DNA of 64,000 bases from a virus: IMG/VR virus record IMGVR_UViG_3300032770_000004, positions 105,963 through 169,962 of that record; one strand, written 5' to 3'. The position numbers and the translations under genes were made by a program. The notes beneath the pieces are model-generated. The model ran no database searches, was not told the DNA's origin, and saw nothing but the letters and a program-made list of their open reading frames with translations. Shown piece by piece: positions 30,175 to 38,358 of this stretch. Numbering within the stretch: the first letter of the stretch is position 1; every line of letters starts with the position of its first letter.

Positions 30175-30671
30175 TTGATTTTACCTGACTTTTTGAGTTT
30201 GAGGATCGTACCCATGATGCGAGATCGATCCGCTGGTTTAAGGTGTTCTACGAAAATTTTCCCGTCAAGGTGTTCTAGCTCGTGCTGTAAACATTGTGCT
30301 CGAAGCCCAGTGGCGTGACACAATCCAGATTCCATCGTGTCGAGTTGGTATTTTACCACAACCTCTGGATACCTGTAAATCGTTTCGAATTGACCGGGTA
30401 CACTCAGGCACCCTTCGTTCATTGGAACTTTCTTGCCGATAAATTCTGTAATTACTGGATTGACATATACTTCGCGACCAATACCAACGTCTACGATGAC
30501 AATCCGTAAAGGAATTCCGACTTGAATGGCGGATAGCCCAATTCCACCAGCCTTCTTCATGGTAGCGTATAGCTCATTCAGAAAATCCTGATCAGGTTTG
30601 TCATCAACTTGTTTACTGACCTCTTTGAGCATTGGGTGGGGCCAGATCAAGATTTTGAGCGGTTCACCCAT
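30171..30671 (-). CDS. def: peptide deformylase
   Basis: All three PDF motifs: GIGLSAIQVG, EGCLS, QHELEHLDG. Confidence 0.96.
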   Translation of the reverse strand: MGEPLKILIWPHPMLKEVSKQVDDKPDQDFLNELYATMKKAGGIGLSAIQVGIPLRIVIVDVGIGREVYVNPVITEFIGKKVPMNEGCLSVPGQFETIYRYPEVVVKYQLDTMESGLCHATGLRAQCLQHELEHLDGKIFVEHLKPADRSRIMGTILKLKKSGKIK

Positions 30672-30770
30672 GGTTATCTTCCTTGCTGTTCGAGCCCTCC
30701 TTGAGAATGCGCGAGGCGGCCTTCGCGTCTTCGACGGCAGGAAGATGCAGCCGCTTGGCGATGGTGGAAA

Positions 30771-30854
30771 TCACGGCGCCTTCTCCTGTTCGAGCACCTT
30801 GCGCGCGGCTTCGATGGCGGCATCTGTCACTCACGGCGCCTTCTCCTGTTCGAG
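30771..30854. repeat. 24-bp exact direct repeat, 60-bp period
   Basis: TCACGGCGCCTTCTCCTGTTCGAG at 30771-30794 and 30831-30854. Confidence 0.95.
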
Positions 30855-31124
30855 TTTGTCTGCTGCCCACGCGAGGCCCGCCGTTATCACAGACGGATCG
30901 CGCAGCCATGCCACCACCCGCGCCCGAAACTCGCGCTCCCGCTCGGCCTTCTCACGCTCGTCGATCAGTTCCTCATTGCGTGCGGCGAGGTCGTGCTCGT
31001 TTCGCAGCGCGACCTTCAGCTCCCGCTCGGCCCGCTTCCTGGCTGCGCGCTCGGCCGCAAGGGCGCGCACGGTGGCGAGCAACAACTCTTCTTCTGTGTA
31101 CGGTTTTGGCGCGTCGTCGCTCAT
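30831..31124 (-). CDS. GC-rich coiled-coil hypothetical protein
   Basis: ATGA-coupled to the upstream gene; MSDDAPKPYTEEELLL...LEQEKAP. Confidence 0.65.
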   Translation of the reverse strand: MSDDAPKPYTEEELLLATVRALAAERAARKRAERELKVALRNEHDLAARNEELIDEREKAEREREFRARVVAWLRDPSVITAGLAWAADKLEQEKAP

Positions 31125-31828
31125 CGATCCTCCAGAGTGGGCTTCAGCCACAGCTTACCCGTAAAGATGGCTTGTTGAAACTCGATGCCCATGTTGTGTA
31201 GAAAGTCCAAAGTACCGATCGTGTCATGGGCCAAGCATCGAGTCAGCTCTTCTTGCTTCCTTTCGACGGAGATCTTGGTCTTCAGATTCTCCAGGACATG
31301 AAGATCCCACATAGCCAGCTTGGTCTCTGAATGGATGCGGAATCCCTTAGTCAGAGAGAAACGCATCGCACGCATCACCCGCAGCGCATCCTCAGTAAAG
31401 CGGTCCAGAGGATTCCCGACGCAGCGTAGAACCATGGCCTTCAGATCGGCCATGCCGTTGTGGGGGTCGATGAAGTTTCCATTCGAGTCCTTGGCAATAG
31501 CATTGACGGTGAAGTCACGGCGTGCCAGATCGTCCAGAAGAGTACCAGCCTCGACCTTGTCGGGGTGCCGACCGTCCGTGTAGCCGTATTCCTTGCGACA
31601 CAGAACGAAATCAGCTGGTTGGTGACCCTTCAGATGGGCTCGAATGGTGAAGTGCTGAGGAGACTCCAGAAACACCTTGCCGTTGGCCTGTACCCACTCC
31701 AGCATGTGGGTGTAGGAATCGGCCTCGACAGCATAGTCGATATCCTTGGACCTCTTGCCCAGCAGCTCGTCGCGCACGGCGCCGCCAACCATGTAGAGCT
31801 TAACTTGCTTATCGTGATGGTCGCTCAT
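31121..31828 (-). CDS. cca: tRNA nucleotidyltransferase (CCA-adding/poly(A) polymerase family), compact
   Basis: VGGAVRDELLG...DIDY, DLARRDFTVNAIA, F.ED.LRVMRAMRF and ISVER motifs. Confidence 0.9.
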   Translation of the reverse strand: MSDHHDKQVKLYMVGGAVRDELLGKRSKDIDYAVEADSYTHMLEWVQANGKVFLESPQHFTIRAHLKGHQPADFVLCRKEYGYTDGRHPDKVEAGTLLDDLARRDFTVNAIAKDSNGNFIDPHNGMADLKAMVLRCVGNPLDRFTEDALRVMRAMRFSLTKGFRIHSETKLAMWDLHVLENLKTKISVERKQEELTRCLAHDTIGTLDFLHNMGIEFQQAIFTGKLWLKPTLEDR

Positions 31829-31944
31829 TACATGATCTCCGGATGGGGAATGTTAAAAACGTGACAGGCGACATGCAAACAGGTGCGAATCGCCCAAAGA
31901 ACTTCCGGAGTGGTATAGGCGGCAAGTCGCATCAGGGAGTTCAT
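31828..31944 (-). CDS. 38-aa small protein (not in ORF track)
   Basis: MNSLMRLAAYTTPEVLWAIRTCLHVACHVFNIPHPEIM*; TAATG-coupled to cca; directly downstream of promoter motifs. Confidence 0.55.
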   Translation of the reverse strand: MNSLMRLAAYTTPEVLWAIRTCLHVACHVFNIPHPEIM

Positions 31945-31952
31945 ATATCGGG

Positions 31953-31982
31953 AAAGTATCATGTCGGTAGATTACCTGTCAA
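31953..31982 (-). promoter_or_regulatory. sigma70-like promoter with embedded GTAATCT element
   Basis: TTGACA-18 nt-TACTTT with an extended TG; GTAATCT (31975-31969) lies in the spacer. Confidence 0.6.
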
Positions 31983-32006
31983 GTGGGTCTATACAGATGG
32001 GTACTA

Positions 32007-32027
32007 GTGTAGTAATCTCAACTACAT
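32007..32027 (+). promoter_or_regulatory. GTAATCT element within a hairpin
   Basis: GTAATCT at 32012-32018, 9 nt before ATG 32028; TGTAGT/ACTACA stem. Confidence 0.6.
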
Positions 32028-32504
32028 ATGGACCAAAAAACTTGCAAAAAATGTGGACAACTTAAACCCATTGATCGTTTTTCCACTTTTAAAGGCCGAG
32101 ATGGAACTATGCGTCCTCGCGGTACCTGTTGGGATTGTAGAGACAATAAAAATCGATACACAGCCGACATCCTAATTGCTTACAGGAAAAACTACAACCA
32201 GAAGAAACGTTCGCTAAAACGAGAACGAGACGTCCAAAGAAGGCTAGAAGGGAAAAAATATGTAGATCAGCAGAAAGCTAAACCTTGTATGGATTGCGGA
32301 GTTCAATGGCCTCCGGTAGCAATGGATTTCGATCATGTTAGAGGTCACAAATCCAGAAACGTAGCACAAATGGTTTCTGGAGCACTCAAACTGGATCTGA
32401 TCAAAGAGGAAATCGCCAAGTGTGACTTAGTTTGTGCTTGCTGCCATAGACTTCGAACGGCTGCTCGCAAGGAAAATTTGAGTCCTACAGCCAACAGATC
32501 TTAA
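32028..32504 (+). CDS. free-standing HNH endonuclease (opposite strand to neighbours)
   Basis: KTCKKCG finger and PCMDCG......MDFDHVRG.K...V..MV......EIAKCDLVCACCH; same family as 25445-25843. Confidence 0.87.
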   Translation: MDQKTCKKCGQLKPIDRFSTFKGRDGTMRPRGTCWDCRDNKNRYTADILIAYRKNYNQKKRSLKRERDVQRRLEGKKYVDQQKAKPCMDCGVQWPPVAMDFDHVRGHKSRNVAQMVSGALKLDLIKEEIAKCDLVCACCHRLRTAARKENLSPTANRS

Positions 32505-33750
32505 GCTTTTTTTTGCTTCGAGTTATTGCCGTATAGCACCATCTTCTGCCCTCTAAAGAATTCAGTCTGATTGTAGGTTCCATGACCACTAGGACGTTTC
32601 CAAATTCAGATCCCTGGCTCTTGTGGGCCGTAAGAGCGTATCCGAGATTGGCATTCAGGTAGACTGGGCGCTTACCGTCAGTGTCTTCCTTGTCGGGATG
32701 ACCATACCACGTATCAATCAACTTACGAGCGGCCTTCTTGCTCGCATAGACGCTCACGTCACCCATGGTACCAAAAGCCTCCTTGTCGGCGATCAGGACA
32801 TTCTTTTTACCCCATGGTGTCATGATCTCGGTAATGTAGTAGTCGATGAACGTGCTTGCGTTGCGATAGCGATCCGTAACAGGATAGGGCAATCGATTGA
32901 GCTTGAAGGGCTTGAGCAACATCGGCATGATTTCGCCGTTGTAGACATCCAGCGCATAGTTGTTCTTGGTTACCAGGAGAGGTTCGTGGAGCTGAGGAAC
33001 ATCAGGAAAGCCCTTTATCTTGCGGATCCCGTTATTGATTTGGTGGCGAGTAATGTTGCGATGGCTGATGGTGGCACCCTCGTTCTCCCAGACTGTCAAC
33101 GCCTCGGGATAAAGTTGGCTCGGTACGACCGTCTCCAGTTCTCCTAGGGCATCTTCAGCAAAGTTCTCGGTACGAACCTTCATACTAACGCGAATGATCG
33201 GACTGTCGAGCGCCTGACGCAAGACCTCAGTGAGTTGTACCTTGAAGTTGGCTGGAAAATCGGGACTGAAGACGCTGAATTTCTGCTTGATGACCTCTGG
33301 CTCTACCGGAGGAAGCTGAAAGCCATCGCCGATCAGCACGATGTTGAGCTGGAGGCGCTTGGCGTAGCTGTATAGGTCGCTGAAGACATCGAAACCGACC
33401 ATGGAGGCTTCGTCGATAATCAGAACGCCACTACTGGGGATCTCAACGGTGCCTATCTCACGATGCTTGAAGGTGACGTCTCCAGTCTCTTCGTCTTCCT
33501 CGGGCTCATATTGCCATCTGTGGATGGTTTTAGCTTTTAATCCCGTAGCCTCTCGGACTCTAACGGCCGCTTTGCCAGTAGGCGTAAGAACGAATTGATC
33601 GTCCCATTCATCTCCAAGAATCTTTATGAGGGTGGTCTTACCAGTACCAGCATAGCCGCTTATGACACCAACACCGCCGCCTTCGGGATGTGTTTTCTTA
33701 AGATCCCTCACTGCTTGAATCGCAGCTTCTTGTCCTGCGGTTAATTTCAT
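32485..33750 (-). CDS. Dda/RecD-like SF1B DNA helicase
   Basis: GYAGTGKT, TPTGKAA, TIHR, IIDEASM, IGDGFQLPPV, YALTAHKSQGSEF and YTAITR motifs. Confidence 0.93.
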   Translation of the reverse strand: MKLTAGQEAAIQAVRDLKKTHPEGGGVGVISGYAGTGKTTLIKILGDEWDDQFVLTPTGKAAVRVREATGLKAKTIHRWQYEPEEDEETGDVTFKHREIGTVEIPSSGVLIIDEASMVGFDVFSDLYSYAKRLQLNIVLIGDGFQLPPVEPEVIKQKFSVFSPDFPANFKVQLTEVLRQALDSPIIRVSMKVRTENFAEDALGELETVVPSQLYPEALTVWENEGATISHRNITRHQINNGIRKIKGFPDVPQLHEPLLVTKNNYALDVYNGEIMPMLLKPFKLNRLPYPVTDRYRNASTFIDYYITEIMTPWGKKNVLIADKEAFGTMGDVSVYASKKAARKLIDTWYGHPDKEDTDGKRPVYLNANLGYALTAHKSQGSEFGNVLVVMEPTIRLNSLEGRRWCYTAITRSKKKLKICWL

Positions 33751-33803
33751 TGTGAAGAGCCATGGCGACGCAGATACTCTACGCGAGACTTGTTTGTGTC
33801 CAT
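33747..33803 (-). CDS. 18-aa translational-coupling mini-ORF
   Basis: MDTNKSRVEYLRRHGSSQ*; TGATG overlap upstream and ATGA overlap downstream. Confidence 0.45.
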   Translation of the reverse strand: MDTNKSRVEYLRRHGSSQ

Positions 33804-34552
33804 CAAATTTCTACCTTGATGCGGTTCCAGAAGTTGGGGTTCGCACCTTCGTTGGGGTAGCCCCCAGGATTGCAATATACGCGGAACCCAAAAACAGACT
33901 GATAGTCAAAAGGATCATGCGTATGCCCGTGGATCCAAAGCCTGGGAAGAGTTCCGGCTTTCTGCCATTCAAGGAGCTTGTCTTTGATATACGCACAAAA
34001 GAAAATATTCCCAGAGCTGTCTTTCCATTTGGCAGCGATAGATTCATCGGTTGGGAAATGGTGGGAGACCACGATGTCGCCTGGGCTTGTTGCCAAAAAG
34101 GCTTTATGCTGAATGTCAATCTGAGTTTCAGCATCGTGGATCAGACGATAGTCGATGAATGATTTCTTGGCGTATTTGTCACCGCAATCTGGATACCAGA
34201 GAGTACCGCCAGTGAAAGTCAGCCCTTCAAAGGGAATGCGATCTCCAGGTAGAAGAACATTCAGGTTGGGGATCTTGATGCCTGACTTCAAGAAGATGTT
34301 GGCGCCAACAATGCTTCGATAAAAGTACTCGTGGTTTCCCGGAGTATAAAACACCCAATGGTAGCGATTACAGAATTTTTGTAAGACGTCTATCATCGTA
34401 GCTTCGGTCTTGAGACTTCCGATGTCTCCGGCGAGCACGACAGCTCGGGGCTTGTCAGTCACAATCTGTCGATCAAGCTCTGCCCACCACGCCTGCTTTT
34501 GACCGGGTGCCATGAACTCGAAATGTAGGTCACTCATTACATGTAGAATCAT
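33803..34552 (-). CDS. calcineurin-like metallophosphoesterase
   Basis: SDLH, LAGDI, PGNHE, VSHHFP, HGHTH and NPGGY motifs; start moved to MILHVMSDLH. Confidence 0.9.
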   Translation of the reverse strand: MILHVMSDLHFEFMAPGQKQAWWAELDRQIVTDKPRAVVLAGDIGSLKTEATMIDVLQKFCNRYHWVFYTPGNHEYFYRSIVGANIFLKSGIKIPNLNVLLPGDRIPFEGLTFTGGTLWYPDCGDKYAKKSFIDYRLIHDAETQIDIQHKAFLATSPGDIVVSHHFPTDESIAAKWKDSSGNIFFCAYIKDKLLEWQKAGTLPRLWIHGHTHDPFDYQSVFGFRVYCNPGGYPNEGANPNFWNRIKVEI

Positions 34553-34653
34553 CGGATGTGCCACCAAACGAGAACCCAATAGCATAGGTATCCCAAAAAA
34601 GCCATAATCGCTACTGACAACAACATCAAGCCAGTTTCTTTGAAGGAATTCAT
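34549..34653 (-). CDS. 34-aa single-pass membrane peptide (not in ORF track)
   Basis: MNSFKETGLMLLSVAIMAFLGYLCYWVLVWWHIR*; ATGA-coupled at both ends. Confidence 0.6.
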   Translation of the reverse strand: MNSFKETGLMLLSVAIMAFLGYLCYWVLVWWHIR

Positions 34654-35732
34654 GGAGTTCCAGGACTACTGCCGATCAGATTGATTGGAAGGTACTTACA
34701 GCTGAGCCCGCCGTCTTCGCCCGAATCGGCATCAATCTCACCAGCATACCACACTTCTTTGATGTTGGTGAAGAGGTGAGTACCCGTAAAGACTACGGTT
34801 CCACCGCAAGTGATGGTGAGAGTGCCGGTAGGCAGGTCGGTGGATCCAGGCAGGTCGTACCAGTGAACAGCCACATAGTATGGATGGGTATTCACGGGTT
34901 GTACAATCTGGGTAATTTCAGGACCGGTGTCATAAATGTCATCATGGTTCAGGTGCGGATCATTGAAGCCGCCATCATCCCAGGTTGGATTGGACCCGCT
35001 GGTGCAATTCGCATAGTAGCAATCGTGCGTCCAATCGGTGAACCAGCTGGTATAGGAACCACCGTTGTCAAGCGGGATACCTAGATGTAGGTCGAGATCT
35101 TCGTTATAGAGATCCCATGTTAGCGTGGCGACAAGATCGCATCCTTCATCGATGATGCCATTACAGTTGTTGTCAATACCATCACAAATTTCGGGCGTTG
35201 GAGTCACAGCACCTTCGCAATCACCATAGCCGCCGTCTTCGCAAAACTGCGTACCATACCGACAAGCGGTGTTGGGGTGTTCCAAATCTTGTGGATTCCC
35301 TGGATAGCAAGGCTGAGCTGGGATATTCTCGTCGATCAACCCATTGCAATTATCATCCCTGCCGTTACAGACTTCGGGCTGATTGAACTCCTCCGGGTGT
35401 GTTTGACAGACTTCCCAATGGCTGTCTCCGTCGCAGTCCTGCCAAGATTGAAAACCGCACTGATCACGGCACGCACGAGGAGCTGCGTTCCCAACTACGC
35501 CGTCACAGTCTAAATCCTGGTTGCCACAAGTCTCGGTGGTCGGCAAAACAGCGCCAATACAGGCGCTTGCTTCGCAATCGAACCAGCCGGGCTTACAGGC
35601 GCCACGTTCTAGGTTCTCGACGGTGATGTTTGGATCTGGGGAACAGGCCTGTCCACAATAGACATCGGGCCCAAGCTTCGAAGGTCGACAGCTAAAGAGA
35701 ATCAGCAATAGAATGCTAATCCTTTTTACCAT
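34650..35732 (-). CDS. Cys-rich lipoprotein with MopE-type (ExCDGxDNNCNGxxDE) repeats and YfaP/DUF2135-like C-terminal domain
   Basis: Signal/lipobox MVKRISILLLILFSC; repeats ETCGNQDLDCDG, EVCNGRDDNCNGLIDE, EICDGIDNNCNGIIDEG; C-terminal LTWD....DLDLH...L..DD....GPE. Confidence 0.85.
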   Translation of the reverse strand: MVKRISILLLILFSCRPSKLGPDVYCGQACSPDPNITVENLERGACKPGWFDCEASACIGAVLPTTETCGNQDLDCDGVVGNAAPRACRDQCGFQSWQDCDGDSHWEVCQTHPEEFNQPEVCNGRDDNCNGLIDENIPAQPCYPGNPQDLEHPNTACRYGTQFCEDGGYGDCEGAVTPTPEICDGIDNNCNGIIDEGCDLVATLTWDLYNEDLDLHLGIPLDNGGSYTSWFTDWTHDCYYANCTSGSNPTWDDGGFNDPHLNHDDIYDTGPEITQIVQPVNTHPYYVAVHWYDLPGSTDLPTGTLTITCGGTVVFTGTHLFTNIKEVWYAGEIDADSGEDGGLSCKYLPINLIGSSPGTP

Positions 35733-36027
35733 CGATAGCTCCTTCCAGCGCTCCGGTTCCGACCAGCACCTCGCCCTCTGAATCTAGAATCTTTTCCTCA
35801 GTAGCGCAGACCGAGCAGATGTGGCCGTAGTCTCTTACTTCCCAAGCATCGTGCTCGGCTGCCTCAGCGAAAGTTCCAGGGAAGACTCCACGAATCGCCA
35901 AGACCACCTTCTCGCCGGGCTGAAGCTTCATCCCCAGAGTCTTGACCCAATCTTCGGGGACTTCAAAGGTTTTATTGGGATCCTGGCCAGGATTGCACTT
36001 GTCGCAGAATGTGGTTGTAACTTCCAT
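35716..36027 (-). CDS. zinc-binding hypothetical protein
   Basis: FCDKC...HICSVC motifs. Confidence 0.65.
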   Translation of the reverse strand: MEVTTTFCDKCNPGQDPNKTFEVPEDWVKTLGMKLQPGEKVVLAIRGVFPGTFAEAAEHDAWEVRDYGHICSVCATEEKILDSEGEVLVGTGALEGAIDGKKD

Positions 36028-36323
36028 TAGGCTTTACCTCTGTACCCGCATTCCTTGCATACTAACATATTTCCGAACGGAAGTCGAATGACGCTGACCG
36101 AAGTCTGCTTACAATCTGGGCATTCCAGTGGGTCTGGACGCTTAGGGAAGCCCTCAAGATCTTCTGCAACCTCAGTTTTATCCAGTATTTTCTGGATGGC
36201 CTTCTGGAGGCGCGATATCTGACGCTTCAGCTGATGATTCTCGCGCTTGGTTTCGGCAAGTAGCTTGTTGCGCTTCTTTTCTTCCTTTTGTTCCCGGTGC
36301 TGCGTACTGCGATACTTAGGCAT
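36027..36323 (-). CDS. coiled-coil plus zinc-ribbon protein
   Basis: Basic coiled coil followed by CPDC...CKECG; start moved to MPKYRS. Confidence 0.7.
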   Translation of the reverse strand: MPKYRSTQHREQKEEKKRNKLLAETKRENHQLKRQISRLQKAIQKILDKTEVAEDLEGFPKRPDPLECPDCKQTSVSVIRLPFGNMLVCKECGYRGKA

Positions 36324-36324
36324 C

Positions 36325-36564
36325 TTACGCTCCTGTTGCATCCATCTCGATGATCCACTTTTCTCCGTCGTGCCACATCTTCATGGATTGGAAAGGGAGA
36401 TTGCCACAATCCATCAATCCTGGGGTTGATGTCAAAGTCTTCAATAGCTCGTACTGTCGCATCCTTGCTCCCATTGTCTTGGGGGTCGAAGGTTCATCCT
36501 CGATCCGAACGACAAAGCGGCTTTCGGAGTCGTTGATGCGAACTTGCTTGAGCGTTTTGTTCAT
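36325..36564 (-). CDS. hypothetical protein
   Basis: 79 aa, TAATG-coupled. Confidence 0.6.
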   Translation of the reverse strand: MNKTLKQVRINDSESRFVVRIEDEPSTPKTMGARMRQYELLKTLTSTPGLMDCGNLPFQSMKMWHDGEKWIIEMDATGA

Positions 36565-36758
36565 TAGAACACCAAGTCTTCTGGAATGTCATCGTCTTCG
36601 AATTCTTCTTCGTCGACCTCAATCAGGCCGCGCTCAATAAGCTCGGTGACGACCTCCTGGACGATCTCTTGTCTAACTGGTTTAGTTACTACCTTCGGTG
36701 GTAAGTATTCAGCAAAAACATCTTGGACTGCTTCTTCGAATTCTGCACGTGTTGCCAT
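36564..36758 (-). CDS. small acidic hypothetical protein
   Basis: 64 aa, coupled to both neighbours. Confidence 0.6.
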   Translation of the reverse strand: MATRAEFEEAVQDVFAEYLPPKVVTKPVRQEIVQEVVTELIERGLIEVDEEEFEDDDIPEDLVF

Positions 36759-37756
36759 TAAAAACTCCCTGCGTATGCCTCGTTGAAATTTTGCACTGCT
36801 TGCTTGATGATGTCGTTGGATTGACCGGTCGAGATCCGATAGAAATTTGGAGGGCCACCAAACGCAGTGCCATTGACCATCATAACCTTGGAGTCCTTTA
36901 GGGCCTTAGCAAATTTCTCAAGAGAAACGACTCCGATCCATTGAAACATGCCAACGGTTTTTTGACAGTAACTGCCACGACCAGCGAGCCAAACAATTTC
37001 ATTCGCGTTGTCAATATGTTGGGAATGAACTTTCTCGAAGATTTGGTCTCGAATTAGATGGGTGTTACGAAGAGTAGCCGCAACATGGTATTGACTGATG
37101 GTAGGTACGCCACTGGTAGTCATTTCTACATACCGGCTAGCATGATCAGCCAAGAATTGGTCTTCAGTTACAAGCCAACCTAGACGGACACCGGGCGCTC
37201 CGAGCATCTTTCCAGCACTCCATACTGAAATCTTAGCGGGTACTGGAAGATCCGAGGGCCATCCGTACGCCCTATGTGCATAGGCAGCATCCCAAATGTC
37301 AACGGGCTGTGTGAAGTTCTTGACCAGAAATCGAAGCGACAGTTTGCCATCTGGATTGTTTGGAGAAGTGATTACTTTAATGCTATGATCCCAGAACTTC
37401 TTGGGCTTATTGAAGCGCAATCCATGAAGGCTAGCGATCGTCGGATAGGTCGGCCAGTATGGTACGTCCATGCTCATGTTGTCAATCTTGGGGTCTTTCT
37501 GCTTGAGGGCGTAGACAGCAGCATGAAGGGCGTGCTTGGCCCCTAGAGCGATGACAATCTTCTTACCGGGATGAAGCTTTTCTAATTCGGCTAGAAGCTC
37601 TTCAGATGGCTTGATGTCTGGATAGGACAAGTCAGGAGGATAATGGCGCGGGTAGTACTGCTTCATCGCGTTGCGAAGTACAACCGGTTCACCGATGGCG
37701 AGGTTAATACCGTCGTGTGATCCCCTAACTAGCTGCTTATCGCCTTCCCAGTTCAT
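36758..37756 (-). CDS. PLP-dependent class I/II aminotransferase
   Basis: INLAIGEP, GAKHAL, TSPNNPDG, WDAAY and SAGKMLGAPGVRLGW (PLP lysine), YRIS. Confidence 0.88.
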   Translation of the reverse strand: MNWEGDKQLVRGSHDGINLAIGEPVVLRNAMKQYYPRHYPPDLSYPDIKPSEELLAELEKLHPGKKIVIALGAKHALHAAVYALKQKDPKIDNMSMDVPYWPTYPTIASLHGLRFNKPKKFWDHSIKVITSPNNPDGKLSLRFLVKNFTQPVDIWDAAYAHRAYGWPSDLPVPAKISVWSAGKMLGAPGVRLGWLVTEDQFLADHASRYVEMTTSGVPTISQYHVAATLRNTHLIRDQIFEKVHSQHIDNANEIVWLAGRGSYCQKTVGMFQWIGVVSLEKFAKALKDSKVMMVNGTAFGGPPNFYRISTGQSNDIIKQAVQNFNEAYAGSF

Positions 37757-38358
37757 TACCAAGTCGCCTTCAGGTTAAGGTCGACCTCGACACTACGAGG
37801 AGACCCACCTGGGAGTCTTAGCATAGGACCAGCACTGAGTCCAAGGTAAAACGGGCCGAAAATGCGGCGATCAACTTCGGCAGCTACGTGAAGGTCAGGA
37901 AGTGAAGTGATTCCGCTTACATTACCGCCTACCTGGACTCCAAGAAGCCAATCAGGACGTGGACTTTCAACCTTCACGTCGACCTGCTTTTCGACGATTC
38001 GATCGACATATTCAGTCTTGGTGACTACCTGCGTTACAACTTTCTGTTCCTGAGTCTTCGACTTTTCTATGTCTTGAACATCAGTAGTAGTCTTCTGGAG
38101 CTTCGTACCGTTAGGCTTGGTGACAACGACGGTGACGGTATGGGTCTTGAAGTTCTTCTGAAACTCTGCCACACGTTTGTCTACTTCAGCTTGCACCATC
38201 TGCTCGTCGACCACCTTCTGCACCTGGGTGACCACCTTCTCTTGAATCTGAACAGAAGGCTTTGGAGCCGAATAGCGACCCACAAACAGGCCAATCAAAA
38301 GGAGGGCCATCATTGCTAGATATTTCCAGTACTTTTTCAAAAATTCAATGTAGGTCAT
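37756..38358 (-). CDS. membrane-anchored protein (spanin-like or unknown)
   Basis: N-terminal TM helix, K/V/T/Q-rich repeats, amphipathic beta-strand C-terminus ending in W. Confidence 0.6.
   Translation of the reverse strand: MTYIEFLKKYWKYLAMMALLLIGLFVGRYSAPKPSVQIQEKVVTQVQKVVDEQMVQAEVDKRVAEFQKNFKTHTVTVVVTKPNGTKLQKTTTDVQDIEKSKTQEQKVVTQVVTKTEYVDRIVEKQVDVKVESPRPDWLLGVQVGGNVSGITSLPDLHVAAEVDRRIFGPFYLGLSAGPMLRLPGGSPRSVEVDLNLKATW

Noticed and set aside
30771-30854. Mini CRISPR array (24-bp repeat, 36-bp spacer)
   Set aside because: There are only two repeats, they are not palindromic, they read as gene end plus SD plus start, and no cas genes are present in the window.
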